Assembly (NCBI GenBank): GCA_900546275.1
Contig: URCH01000006.1
Span: forward strand, 3,513-67,512
Direction of reading: 5' to 3'
Length of the DNA: 64,000 nucleotides
From: an uncultured Mycoplasmatota bacterium
GTDB lineage: Bacteria > Bacillota_I > Bacilli_A > RF39 > UBA660
Positions within the stretch are counted from its first letter, which is position 1, and each line of letters starts with the position of its first letter. Below the pieces are notes generated by a model, which worked only from the letters and a program-made list of their open reading frames with translations, had not been told where the DNA came from and made no database searches. Below are positions 31,254-41,770 of the stretch, piece after piece. Made by a program: the position numbers and the translations under genes.

Positions 31254-32266
31254 TTAAAATTTATAATACTTATTTTTGCCAAATTCAATAACAACATTTG
31301 TATACTTATTTTCTTCACTTTTAATATAAATATTATGACCTAATTTATTACACAATTTTTTTATAATATATAATCCCATACCAGTTGATTTAACTTTATC
31401 TCTTCCATTTGTACCAGTGAATGATTTATCAAAAACACGTTTAATGTCTTTACTTGGTATACCTATTCCATTATCATATACTGAAAGTATAATTTTATCT
31501 TTTTCTTCATGTGCTGTAATAGTAATAATACTATTGTTATTTTTTTTATATTTTATACTATTGTTTACTATTTGATTTAATATAAACTCTAGCCATTTTT
31601 TATCTGTGTATACATTTAAATTATCAATATTAACTTCTAGTTTTATTTGATTTTCAAGTAAATCATCTTTGTTTTTTAAACTAACATTTCTAACTATTTC
31701 CTTAAGACAAAATTTTCCAATTATGAAATCTTTTTCTGTAATTTCACTTCTCATATAATAAAGTATTTGATCTATATTATTATCTAATTTTCTAATTATA
31801 CTTAAAAAATCCATAGAATTTATTTGTTTATGATTGTGACATTTTAATACCATGCTTGATATTGGTATTTTTATTTCATGAATCCAAATTTCAACAAACT
31901 CTTTAAATTCAGTAATTCCCTTAGTTTGTAAATTAATGTTTTCTATCATTGATTTGTTTATTTCATATAAAATATCATTAGTTAATATTTCTTCATATGT
32001 AGTAGGTTCTGGAATTGTTTCTAATACTAAATATTTTTTATCTAATTTATTTAACATATTTAAAAGATTATTATAATAATTTCTTTTTCTAAAATAATTT
32101 AAAAGTAATATAGATAAGCCATTTATTGATAGTATTAAAAAAATTATCAAAGTTACATCATTATTTAATTTAAATGCTCTAAGTATTAAACATATAATTA
32201 TTGATGTAATTATATATATATAATTATACTAACTATTTTATCTTTTAAGTAATTTAAAAATTTCAT
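31254..32266 (-). pseudogene. BceS-type intramembrane-sensing histidine kinase, frameshifted in a (TA)6 tract near the 5' end
   Basis: ATG at 32266..32264 overlaps the RR stop (ATGA) and reads MKFLNYLKDKIVSIIIYI* into a stop at the TA tract (32211-32222). Removing one TA unit gives a continuous ORF ...IITSIIICLILRAFKLNNDVTLIIFLILS... with both expected TM helices. ORF track instead starts at TTG 32150 inside TM2. Confidence 0.6.
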
Positions 32267-32925
32267 AATAATATATATCCTAATCCTTTTCTAGTTTCAA
32301 TCATTTCTTCTTCAGATAATTCTTTTAATTTTGTTCTTAATCTACTTATATTTACCGTAAGTGCATTATCATTAATATATTCATCATTATTCCATAAAGT
32401 TGTCATAAGTTCATCTCGTGTTACTATTCTTTCTTTATTATTTAATAAATAACTAAAAATAATCATTTCATTTTTTGTTAAAGTAATTTCTTTTTCATTA
32501 TTTTTAATGATTCCTTTATTAATATTAATTATCAAGTTTTTAAATTTTATTATATCTAGTTTTTGTTCACATCTTTTAAATATGTTAGATATTCTAAGTA
32601 ATAATATAGTTGGGTTATATGGTTTAATTATATAATCATCTGCTCCATACATGATTGATAATGCTTCATCTGCTTCATTAGTTTTACTTGTTACCATTAT
32701 AATTGGAATATTAGATTTTTTTCTAATATTTTTTAGTAATAACTCTCCATTTAAATAAGGTATGTTTATATCAAGTAAAATAAGATCTGAATTACTTTTA
32801 AGTATTGTTTCCAAGGCATTTTCAAAATTGGTTAATATAGTTGCTTCATAAGAAGAGTTTGTTAATAAATTATATAATTCACTTGCCACAATTTTGTCAT
32901 CTTCAACAATCATTATTTTTTTCAA
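32263..32925 (-). CDS. OmpR-family response regulator (BceR-like)
   Basis: REC domain (IMIVEDDK...LLDINIPYLNG), C-terminal winged helix (VNISRLRTKL); 220 aa. Confidence 0.85.
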   Translation of the reverse strand: MKKIMIVEDDKIVASELYNLLTNSSYEATILTNFENALETILKSNSDLILLDINIPYLNGELLLKNIRKKSNIPIIMVTSKTNEADEALSIMYGADDYIIKPYNPTILLLRISNIFKRCEQKLDIIKFKNLIININKGIIKNNEKEITLTKNEMIIFSYLLNNKERIVTRDELMTTLWNNDEYINDNALTVNISRLRTKLKELSEEEMIETRKGLGYILL

Positions 32926-33021
32926 ATATAATCACCAACTTTCTACAAATATTATAACATTAAAATTACTTTTATTATCTTACAGTTTTGTAATATAAAA
33001 AGCAGTTTAACAAAACTACCT

Positions 33022-33507
33022 TTATATTTCTACAATATTAATTTCATTACCATGTTCGTTTATTATTTCAATTAAATCCATTACATTTAACCATACTGTT
33101 GCAGTATTATCATTTGGATGTACTCCTATTATATATTTGTCCATCATAAAACTTTTATCTATGAAAAATTTTACTTTCAATTCTTTATCATTTAGTAATC
33201 CAAAAGGAGATACGCTACCTGGATTTAAATTTAAAATTTCATTTAAATCTTTTTGTGAAGCAAAGCTTAAAGAACGTGTATTATTTTTATTTTTAAATTC
33301 TTTTAAATTGATTTTTTTAATTCCTTTAACTGTTATAAGAAAGTAATTCTTTTTATCATCACAAAGAAATAAGTTTTTAGCATCATATTCTGGATACAAT
33401 AATTTAGTTTTTTTTAAATCTTCCATATTATAAACTGCCTCGTGTTCAACAATTTCATGCCATATTTTTTTATTATTTAAAAGTTTATATATATCATTTT
33501 TATTCAT
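33022..33507 (-). CDS. YbaK/ProX-family aminoacyl-tRNA deacylase
   Basis: 161 aa; GSVSPFGL motif and overall YbaK/EbsC pattern. Confidence 0.65.
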   Translation of the reverse strand: MNKNDIYKLLNNKKIWHEIVEHEAVYNMEDLKKTKLLYPEYDAKNLFLCDDKKNYFLITVKGIKKINLKEFKNKNNTRSLSFASQKDLNEILNLNPGSVSPFGLLNDKELKVKFFIDKSFMMDKYIIGVHPNDNTATVWLNVMDLIEIINEHGNEINIVEI

Positions 33508-33522
33508 AATTTTCCTCTTTTG

Positions 33523-34032
33523 TTAAATGTAATATTTAAAGTTATTTTTTTCATTTTTTAATGTAGTATCATTTCCATGACCAGCGTATATTACTATGTC
33601 ATCATCATATTTTAATATTAATTTTAAACTTTTTTTCATATCAGATATACTTCCACCTTCTAAATCCATCCTACCAATTGAATTTTTAAATATAAAATCT
33701 CCTGTAAACATTATTTTTTCTTTTTCAAAATATATTGTTATACAATCTTCTTTATGGCCTGGTGTATGTATTATATTAAATTCAAAATCATTTATTTTAT
33801 AAAATCCATCCTTGTATTTATAATCTATTATTTTACTCTTAAAGTTATTTAAAGCACCAACATGATCAAAGTGATAATGTGTTATTATTATTGCCTTTAT
33901 ATTTTTATTGCCAACTTTTTCTTGTATTTTTTCATAATCATCACCTGGATCAATTATTATACAATTATTGTTGAGTGTTAAAACGTAACAATTTGTTTGA
34001 TAATCTCCTACTACTATTTTATCTATTTTCAT
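33523..34032 (-). CDS. MBL-fold metallo-hydrolase
   Basis: IIITHYHFDHVGAL (HxHxDH) motif; 169 aa. Confidence 0.75.
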   Translation of the reverse strand: MKIDKIVVGDYQTNCYVLTLNNNCIIIDPGDDYEKIQEKVGNKNIKAIIITHYHFDHVGALNNFKSKIIDYKYKDGFYKINDFEFNIIHTPGHKEDCITIYFEKEKIMFTGDFIFKNSIGRMDLEGGSISDMKKSLKLILKYDDDIVIYAGHGNDTTLKNEKNNFKYYI

Positions 34033-36196
34033 TTATTACTCCTTTAATAAAATCAATTAATGTTTGTGTTATATCAGAATAAAAATCAACTATTATTCTT
34101 TTATTTATTTTAGCTAAAATATTATTATATTCATATTTATTATTGTATATATACATTAAATTATTTTTTTCTATTATAGGATATTTGTATTTAAGTCTAT
34201 CTAATAAATATATATTATTTCCATATTTTTTTACTAAGTTAAATTTAGAAATCATTGCTTGCTTTCTTGAAGCTATTATATATTCTAAGTTAGGTTCTTT
34301 ACCATATCTTTTTACATAATTTTCATATATTTTATTAACCATACTTTCATTTACTTCATAAGAAAGTGTTACTTTTTTTACTCCTAAGCTATGTAAGAGC
34401 GCTACTGAATATGAATTTGTAACATTTAAAGAAAAATCTGTTTCTATATTTTTATATTTATTTATACTTCCAAGTTCTCCTACTAATAATAAATTACTAT
34501 CTTCTATATATTCATTTATTACTCTAGGAATTTTTTTTACAAATATTTTGTTATCTATTTCTGAATATATTTTATTAAAATCAAATTCTTTTAATTTATC
34601 ATATATTTTTTCATCTAATACTTCTAAATTTATTTCTTGGTTTTGTTTTAAATCTGGAAGTTTTATACTGTATTCTTTTTTTAAATAAGGTATATTATAA
34701 ATCCTTTTTTCGTTTAGTTTTTCTACTAAATTTCTTCTTAATTCATTTAATTCTTTTATGTTTATAAATATATTTTCATCTGATTCTATACTAAATTTAT
34801 TTATTTGATATACTGTATCGCCTAACTTTTCTAATTGATTTTTTATTTTATCTTTTGTAATTGGATAATTTTTTGACTTTTCTACAATATTCCCAAAAAC
34901 TGTAACTGTATTTTTATTATCATTATATGTAACAGATATTTTTTCTCCTATTTTAGCATATACAGAACAATCTATATTTACTTTTCTTTTAACAGATATT
35001 TTTTGTTTTATCTCATTTAATTGATTATAATCTGATGTTTTTACAACAATTGCACTATTTTTTATTTTATTTTCTGATTTTATTTTTATAATATCTCCTG
35101 CTTTAGCACAAGAAACTTTATTATTATTTTTTAACATACTTGTTACAATAAATCCATAATCTTTTTCATCTATAAATCTAATTCCATCATTTATATTTAA
35201 GTCATCCGTTAATTTTATAGTTGCATAATTATTTTTATAATCAATTACTTTTCCAATTTCTATACCTTGATGATTTGGTTTTTGTTCATTAACTATTAAA
35301 TTATTTTCTTCATTAAATATAAATCCTTTTGTAAATTCTCTATTAAATATTTTTTTTAATTCTTTTATATCTTCTTCTTTTATATTTATTTTTCCTGTTT
35401 TTACATATTCATCTATTACTTTTCTATATAGCGCAACAACTATATATACATATTCAGGTCTTTTCATTCTTCCTTCTATTTTTATACTATCTATATTTAA
35501 ATCTATTAACTTATCAATATTACTTAACGTATTTAAGTCTTTCATACTTAATGGATAATGTCCTATATTTAATTTTTTGTTTTCTCTTATTACATCATAT
35601 GGTAACCTACAACTTCCAGCACATGCCCCTCTATTACCACTTCTACCACCTATTAAATAACTCATTAAACATTGACCTGAATAACTAACACAAAGTGCTC
35701 CATGAACAAATATTTCAAGTTCTAAATTCGTATTATTTTTGATTTTTTTTATAGTATCTATACTTGTTTCACGAGCTAAAACTACTCTTTTTATATTTAG
35801 TTTTTCTAGTAATTTTACACCTTCTAAATTATGTATATGCATTTGTGTTGATGCATGAAGTTCTAAATTTGGATAAGTTTTTCTAATTAAATCAACCATC
35901 CCAATATCTTGTATTATTATTGCATCTACATTATTAACATGAAGAAAATCTATATAATTTAAAAAATCTTCTACTTCATCTTCATATATAAGTGTATTTA
36001 CTGTTACATATATTTTTATTCCATATAAATGACATAATTTTATTGCTTCTATTAATTCATCATTATCAAAATTTGTAGCAAATGATCTTGCACCATACTT
36101 TTTACCACTTAAATATACCGCATCGCATCCTGCACAAATAGCTGCTTTTAAACTTTCCATTGAACCTGCAGGAGCAAGTAATTCTGGTTTTTTCAT
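34019..36196 (-). CDS. Peptidase U32 family protein (PrtC/YhbU-like with C-terminal extension)
   Basis: N-terminal U32 TIM-barrel blocks (ELLAPAGS...AVYLSG..., E..G.R motif); 725 aa. Confidence 0.75.
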   Translation of the reverse strand: MKKPELLAPAGSMESLKAAICAGCDAVYLSGKKYGARSFATNFDNDELIEAIKLCHLYGIKIYVTVNTLIYEDEVEDFLNYIDFLHVNNVDAIIIQDIGMVDLIRKTYPNLELHASTQMHIHNLEGVKLLEKLNIKRVVLARETSIDTIKKIKNNTNLELEIFVHGALCVSYSGQCLMSYLIGGRSGNRGACAGSCRLPYDVIRENKKLNIGHYPLSMKDLNTLSNIDKLIDLNIDSIKIEGRMKRPEYVYIVVALYRKVIDEYVKTGKINIKEEDIKELKKIFNREFTKGFIFNEENNLIVNEQKPNHQGIEIGKVIDYKNNYATIKLTDDLNINDGIRFIDEKDYGFIVTSMLKNNNKVSCAKAGDIIKIKSENKIKNSAIVVKTSDYNQLNEIKQKISVKRKVNIDCSVYAKIGEKISVTYNDNKNTVTVFGNIVEKSKNYPITKDKIKNQLEKLGDTVYQINKFSIESDENIFINIKELNELRRNLVEKLNEKRIYNIPYLKKEYSIKLPDLKQNQEINLEVLDEKIYDKLKEFDFNKIYSEIDNKIFVKKIPRVINEYIEDSNLLLVGELGSINKYKNIETDFSLNVTNSYSVALLHSLGVKKVTLSYEVNESMVNKIYENYVKRYGKEPNLEYIIASRKQAMISKFNLVKKYGNNIYLLDRLKYKYPIIEKNNLMYIYNNKYEYNNILAKINKRIIVDFYSDITQTLIDFIKGVINENR

Positions 36197-36262
36197 AATA
36201 TCACCAAACTAATTATATAATATAAAAAAAAATTAAACAATTGTTTAATTTTTTTTAACAGT

Positions 36263-37960
36263 TTATGTATAACTTGGCGTTATTACAACTCTAAATGAGG
36301 TGTAATTATTTTCTCTTCCTGGATTTATATTTATATGCCAAATTCCAGACATTATACCTCTATCAAAATGACCACCCCTAATCATCCATGAAGATTGTTC
36401 ACTTGGCATAACTGCAAGTTCATTATACCATCCCCATGTTTCTATTAAACCATAACATTTTTCACCATTGCATCCAGTATTAATATTATTTGTAGTATAT
36501 AAATTATAATATTTATTATCTGGGAAATTCTTTCCATCAGTAACATATAATTCTTTTCCGTCTAACGACTTCCCATATACTTTTCCATTAAAACCACTAT
36601 TCCATATTCCAACAGCTATATTATCAGTTCTTCCTAATATAGTTTTTGCTTGTTCACTGGTATACGTTATTGCAGAATATCCACTTCGTGCATTCCCTTT
36701 TTCATCAGAAAGGACACCCATTACAAATTCATATGCACAACCATTCATATCATATACTCCAGTAATATTTCCAGTAGTTGAAGCTTCTTTTCCAACTGAT
36801 GTATTGTATGGTTGGGTAATTGAAGAATCTGTTCCATAATCTTTTGAACGTCTATTTACTTCTGAATATCCTGTTATATAACTACTATTATTATTTCTTC
36901 TAACTTCAGGGCAACTTCCATCATTTTGACATCTTCCATATAAAGATTGTGATAAAATTGCTACAGCATTCCATTCATCACTTTTCATTAATCTGGATTC
37001 ATTTTTTATTCCATAATTGTTAAATAATTTTGCTTGTTCATATTGAGTACTTACATTTTGATATCTTAAACTTGTTACATTTGGTTTAATTGTAGGATTT
37101 TCTATTACTGTATTATTAGGATATCCACTAATATTTGTTCCATAACCTGTTTGAAATTTTCCAACCCATATTCCAGGTAATTCTTCATCTCCTAACGTAA
37201 AACCATCTTGGGTTCTCCAATTTTCTAAAACATCTCCTGTATAATTTGCATCTCCCGTACTTTTTTCATTTATTTTACTAAATCTTATATCTATATAACC
37301 TGGATTTGATATATCTTCTCCATTTACACCATATGATGATTTTACTGTATATTCATATCTTGGTATCCATACAAAATAAGCAAGTACATCATCTTCCACA
37401 ACTTCTTTTCCTACAACATAATCTTTTTTCTTATCTTCTTTTACAACTATCGCATTTGCCCATTTACTATTTTTATAACTATACCATTCATCTGAAATAT
37501 TTGCTACATATGCCTTGTCATTTTCATACTTTATAGCTATCATTCCATCATCTAGAATTGGATAACTAATTTGCTTGTCATTTATCTTTTCAATATACAT
37601 ATTACAGTTTTTTTCATTGTATTTATAACTATATTGATTAGTATCATTATCAAATTTTATTATCACACATCCAGTCATTATAGAACTATCTTTTGGATTT
37701 CTTAATTCCTTTTCATCTAATAAGCCATCTTCTTTTAATTTATCAAGCGTTAAAAAATAAGTTTCTCCTTCATCTGGAAGTAATTCTGTATTAGAAACAC
37801 CCCAGTTTCTTGAAATTTCTTCTATTCTATTTATTTGTTCATCATAAGCTTTATCTTTAGCTGAATTTATTTGATTACTTATTATAGGTACCGTAATCAT
37901 TGTTACAATTCCAAGAATTATTAATACAGCTAACAATTCAATTAAAGTAAATCCTTTCAT
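36263..37960 (-). CDS. Type IV prepilin-like N-terminus fused to large extracellular domain with FGE-sulfatase-like (SUMF1/DUF323) module
   Basis: MKG|FTLIELLAVLIILGIV class III signal (Gly-1, Phe+1, Glu+5). C-terminal blocks SDEWNAVA, GVYDMNGCAYEFVMG, MIRGGHFDRG, SFRVV resemble FGE-sulfatase signature motifs; 565 aa. Confidence 0.55.
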   Translation of the reverse strand: MKGFTLIELLAVLIILGIVTMITVPIISNQINSAKDKAYDEQINRIEEISRNWGVSNTELLPDEGETYFLTLDKLKEDGLLDEKELRNPKDSSIMTGCVIIKFDNDTNQYSYKYNEKNCNMYIEKINDKQISYPILDDGMIAIKYENDKAYVANISDEWYSYKNSKWANAIVVKEDKKKDYVVGKEVVEDDVLAYFVWIPRYEYTVKSSYGVNGEDISNPGYIDIRFSKINEKSTGDANYTGDVLENWRTQDGFTLGDEELPGIWVGKFQTGYGTNISGYPNNTVIENPTIKPNVTSLRYQNVSTQYEQAKLFNNYGIKNESRLMKSDEWNAVAILSQSLYGRCQNDGSCPEVRRNNNSSYITGYSEVNRRSKDYGTDSSITQPYNTSVGKEASTTGNITGVYDMNGCAYEFVMGVLSDEKGNARSGYSAITYTSEQAKTILGRTDNIAVGIWNSGFNGKVYGKSLDGKELYVTDGKNFPDNKYYNLYTTNNINTGCNGEKCYGLIETWGWYNELAVMPSEQSSWMIRGGHFDRGIMSGIWHININPGRENNYTSFRVVITPSYT

Positions 37961-38019
37961 ATGTTTACCTACTTTCTTTTTTTATTTTAACACAAATTTA
38001 TATAAAAAAAAAGAGCTTG

Positions 38020-38577
38020 TTATGCTCTTGAATCATATTTACCATCTTTTGTAGAAACTACAATATTTTCGCCTTCACCTATAAATAAAGGTACTTTAAC
38101 CATTAAGTCATTATCCATATAAGCTTCTTTTAAAGCATTATTTGTAGTATTTCCTTTAACAGCTGGTTCTGTTTTTGCTACAGTATACTCAATTTTTTCA
38201 GGTAATTCAATTCCTAACATTTCACCTTGATAGAAAGTTATATTAACATTTAAACCTTCTTTTAAGTATTTAGCATCATCACCTAATTGTTGTTTAGAAA
38301 TTTCAATTTGTTCATAAGTTTCCATGTTCATAAAATTATAAACATCACCTGTGCTATAAAGATATTGCATTGATTGTTTACTTATGATGGCTTTTTCTAA
38401 CTTTATACTTGTATTAAATGTTTTTTCAGTAATAGATCCTGTTCTTAAGTTTTTAAGTTTAGCTTTTACAAATGCAGCACCTTTTCCAGGTTTTACGTGT
38501 AAAAATTCTATTACTTGATATATATTATCTTCAAACAAGAAAGTTATTCCGTTTTTTATATCATTAATATTAAACAT
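38020..38577 (-). CDS. efp: Elongation factor P
   Basis: VKPGKGAAFVKAKLKNLRTGS block and 185-aa length. Confidence 0.9.
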   Translation of the reverse strand: MFNINDIKNGITFLFEDNIYQVIEFLHVKPGKGAAFVKAKLKNLRTGSITEKTFNTSIKLEKAIISKQSMQYLYSTGDVYNFMNMETYEQIEISKQQLGDDAKYLKEGLNVNITFYQGEMLGIELPEKIEYTVAKTEPAVKGNTTNNALKEAYMDNDLMVKVPLFIGEGENIVVSTKDGKYDSRA

Positions 38578-38592
38578 GATTTTTCCTCCTTA

Positions 38593-38760
38593 TTATTTTC
38601 CTTCTTTATGAGGTGTTGTTTTTTTACAAGTTGAACAATATTTTTTAAGTTCTAAACGTTCAGTTGTATTTTTTTTGTTTTTTTCTGTACGATAGTTTTG
38701 TTCTTTACAAACTGTACATGCAAGAGTAATTCTTTCTCTAGCTTCTCCTTTTTTTGCCAT
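38593..38760 (-). CDS. rpmG: 50S ribosomal protein L33 (not in ORF track, 55 aa)
   Basis: Manual translation [55 protein letters not shown]; RBS GGAGGGAAACTTAGT; four Cys Zn-ribbon. Confidence 0.85.
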   Translation of the reverse strand: MAKKGEARERITLACTVCKEQNYRTEKNKKNTTERLELKKYCSTCKKTTPHKEGK

Positions 38761-38806
38761 ACTAAGTTTCCCTCCTTTTTAATGCATACTACCATATTAT
38801 AACAAA

Positions 38807-40843
38807 TTATTTATAAATTTCAAAGAACTTTTTTGATATTGCTCTACTTATTTTCATATTTACGTAGTTTCTACTATTACTTTTACCCTTATAATTAAAA
38901 ATGTTAGGTGAAATAACCGTAAAAGTTACTTTAGGATCATCATATGGAGCATATGATACAAATGTATGGTTAAGTACCATTGTATCAACATATCCATCGT
39001 TATTTGTATCTATTATACTTTGACTCGTTCCAGTTTTTCCTGCTGGTTTATATTTTGAATCTATATATCCTACTCCTGTACCATTTGTTTCCATTACACT
39101 TTTAAATCCTTGTTTTACTCTTTGAATATATATATCAAGTGTATTAACTTTATTTAAAATATTTGTTTCAAATTCGTATGATAAGTTTGTAAGTGGTATA
39201 TCTGTTGGTTCATATACTGCCTTTAAAAAGTGCAACTGCAATCTATATCCATTGTTTGCTATTGTATTTATATATTGTGTCATTTGAATAGGTGTATATG
39301 AATCATACTGTCCTATTGCAAAATCTAAAAGTAATGATGGTGTATCACTTTTTCCTTTAAATCCTTCACTTTCGATAGGTAAATCTATACCTGTTTTAAT
39401 TCCAAGTCCAAATTCAGCAAATGTGTTTCTATATATCTTATATGCGCTTAAATCAAGTTTTAATGCTTTATTATATGAATAACTTCCTTTTCCAACTCTT
39501 ATAGCTGTATGATATTGATATGTATTAGAAGATTGTTTTAAAGCAGTTATATCATTTAAAGTTCCTAGATATTTCCAAGAACATTTTGGAGGAGTTGACG
39601 GAAGAATTAAACAATCATCTTTTCTAATCTCACCTATTTTTAATGCACCTGTATTATATCCTACTATATGAGAAGCACCTTTTATTGCTGAACCCATAAC
39701 AACTGGGCTTGTACTTATTCCTGGTGTATAATCATATGTTTTATAATTTTCATCTACTTTAGTCACTTTTCTGCCAGATGCTGCAAGTATTCCACCAGAC
39801 TTTGGATCTGAAATAACTACAAATGAACCTTCATAATGTTCTGTGTTTGGTCCATCTTTTTTTGCTTTAATAATTTCTTCATCCATTATTTTTTCTATTT
39901 CTTTTTGTAATTCAATATCTATAGTTAATACTATATCTTTTCCTCTTTTTCCCTCTTCTACTAAAACATATTCACCATTTTCTAATTTATATTTATTCTT
40001 TGTACCTTTTAATATATCTTCATATTGCATTTCTAAATAACTGATTCCAACTCTATCTGAAAGTAAATAGCCTTTGTTTAGGTAATAATCTTTTTTTTCA
40101 TATGGTATTCCTGTTTCTGAATTTGATACACTTCCTAATATAGCTCTAAAAACATCTCCGTATGGATATACCCTTTCCCAATCCATTTTTACTTCTACAC
40201 CTGGCATTTCGTTTAGACTTTCTGCGACTTTTGCATATTCAAGGTCTGTTACGTTTTCTTTTTTTATACTTTTTTTTGTAAATGAATATCCTGTATTCAT
40301 TAGATTATATATATATGCTGCTTTTTTATCTAAATCACTATAATTTATTTTACTAACATCTATTCTTTCAAGTTTATAGTTTTCTATATCTTGAGATGTA
40401 ATTTTTCTTTCTTCTAACAAAAGTCTTTCATTTTTGGTTATTAAATTATACGCTGCATCATAGTTATTTTTTATCCAAAATTTTTTTATCATTAAATCAG
40501 TAGTATTGTAATTTAAATCAAGTATTTGAGCAAGTTTATATGAAGTATTTATTTCATCACTCGTAGTTACTCCCGATTTTTTTTTATAATATATAACTTT
40601 TACTGTTTTATTATCTACTATTATTTTTCCATTTCTATCATATATTCTACCTCTTGGAGCACTTTCTCCATATACAATGTTGTTTGTTAATTCTTGTAAT
40701 TTATCTTTATAATAATTATGTTTTAATATTTGTACGTTAAATAGTCCTATTACTAAAATGAGCATTGCGATTATTGTTATAGCAATTAATATATTATATC
40801 TTCTTTCAATAGTTATTATTTTATTATTTGATATTTTTTTCAT
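38807..40843 (-). CDS. Class B penicillin-binding protein (PBP2/SpoVD/FtsI-like transpeptidase)
   Basis: N-terminal TM, dimerisation domain, transpeptidase motifs (SAIK-like, KTGT); 678 aa. Confidence 0.85.
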   Translation of the reverse strand: MKKISNNKIITIERRYNILIAITIIAMLILVIGLFNVQILKHNYYKDKLQELTNNIVYGESAPRGRIYDRNGKIIVDNKTVKVIYYKKKSGVTTSDEINTSYKLAQILDLNYNTTDLMIKKFWIKNNYDAAYNLITKNERLLLEERKITSQDIENYKLERIDVSKINYSDLDKKAAYIYNLMNTGYSFTKKSIKKENVTDLEYAKVAESLNEMPGVEVKMDWERVYPYGDVFRAILGSVSNSETGIPYEKKDYYLNKGYLLSDRVGISYLEMQYEDILKGTKNKYKLENGEYVLVEEGKRGKDIVLTIDIELQKEIEKIMDEEIIKAKKDGPNTEHYEGSFVVISDPKSGGILAASGRKVTKVDENYKTYDYTPGISTSPVVMGSAIKGASHIVGYNTGALKIGEIRKDDCLILPSTPPKCSWKYLGTLNDITALKQSSNTYQYHTAIRVGKGSYSYNKALKLDLSAYKIYRNTFAEFGLGIKTGIDLPIESEGFKGKSDTPSLLLDFAIGQYDSYTPIQMTQYINTIANNGYRLQLHFLKAVYEPTDIPLTNLSYEFETNILNKVNTLDIYIQRVKQGFKSVMETNGTGVGYIDSKYKPAGKTGTSQSIIDTNNDGYVDTMVLNHTFVSYAPYDDPKVTFTVISPNIFNYKGKSNSRNYVNMKISRAISKKFFEIYK

Positions 40844-41411
40844 AATTGTTGTTTACTTCTTCAAAATCAATTATTGAAAAAAAGTTATCTATATATTCTT
40901 GTCTATTAAAATAATCAATATAATAAGCATGTTCCCATAAATCTATATTCATTATTGGTATAAGATCATATGAATATGGATTTTCTTGATTAGATGTATT
41001 AATTATTTCTAAATCGTTATTGTTTAATATTAAAAATGTATATCCTGATCCTATAACATATGATGCTTGTTTTTTAAATTCTTCCTTAAATTTTTCAAAG
41101 CTTCCATATTGTTGTTCTATTTTTTGTTTTAATTTTCCCACTGGTTCTGATTTATTTAGTCCTATATTTTCAAAATATAATTCATGATTTAAGATAGCTG
41201 ATGATAAAAATAATATTTTATCTCTATTTTCCATAGGAAATTCGTCTATATTTTTTATTGTTTCTTCTAAAGTATATTTATTATTTTCTATTAAATCATT
41301 TAATCTTTTTACATAATTTGTATATATTATATAATGTCTTCGCACCGTTTCTTCACTTAAGTATGGTTCTAAAGCATTAAATGAAAATTTTAATGGTTTT
41401 GCCTTATACAT
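40824..41411 (-). CDS. Fe/Mn superoxide dismutase family protein
   Basis: C-terminal DLWEHAYYIDY signature; NH in central helix; N-terminal HH pair reduced to single H. Confidence 0.7.
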   Translation of the reverse strand: MYKAKPLKFSFNALEPYLSEETVRRHYIIYTNYVKRLNDLIENNKYTLEETIKNIDEFPMENRDKILFLSSAILNHELYFENIGLNKSEPVGKLKQKIEQQYGSFEKFKEEFKKQASYVIGSGYTFLILNNNDLEIINTSNQENPYSYDLIPIMNIDLWEHAYYIDYFNRQEYIDNFFSIIDFEEVNNNYEKNIK

Positions 41412-41470
41412 AATATCACCTATAATTATATTATTCTCTATTTTAACTTTTATACATATATTATATTAAG

Positions 41471-41746
41471 GTGATTTCATTGAAAGAGTTTATAATTAAA
41501 CAATATATTGACAAAATAACAAAAAAAGATGTTTATGATTTTGGATTAAAAAACAATATTACTCTAAATAATAATAATTTAGATATAATTTATAATTGTA
41601 TTAAAAAGGATTGGAAACAAATTGTGTTTGGTGATGTTACTCCAATTTTTAACAAATTAAGTTTTGAAATTGATGAAAATAATTTAAATAAAATTAAAAA
41701 TTTATATTATTTCTTTAAAGAAAAATATAAAAATTTTCTACAATAA
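41471..41746 (+). CDS. Hypothetical protein (91 aa)
   Basis: ORF track; one of few plus-strand genes; followed by terminator. Confidence 0.35.
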   Translation: MISLKEFIIKQYIDKITKKDVYDFGLKNNITLNNNNLDIIYNCIKKDWKQIVFGDVTPIFNKLSFEIDENNLNKIKNLYYFFKEKYKNFLQ

Positions 41747-41770
41747 AAGAACGCATTAATCTGCGTTCTT
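41747..41770. terminator. Bidirectional intrinsic terminator between convergent genes
   Basis: AAGAACGCA-ttaatc-TGCGTTCTT 9-bp stem, flanked by A-run upstream and TTGTTTC downstream. Confidence 0.55.

Noticed and set aside
32151-32262. Initially read as simple in-frame 5' extension of the histidine kinase to ATG 32266
   Set aside because: Coordinate-by-coordinate translation shows the ATG frame and the TTG (32150) frame differ by one nucleotide phase. The apparent continuity arose from dropping a TA unit. Reinterpreted as a (TA)6 frameshift (see findings).
40824-41411. Suspected inactive superoxide dismutase (N-terminal HH pair reduced)
   Set aside because: One His remains in the N-terminal helix and the other three metal ligands (NH..., DLWEH) are present. 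Insufficient evidence of inactivity without alignment.
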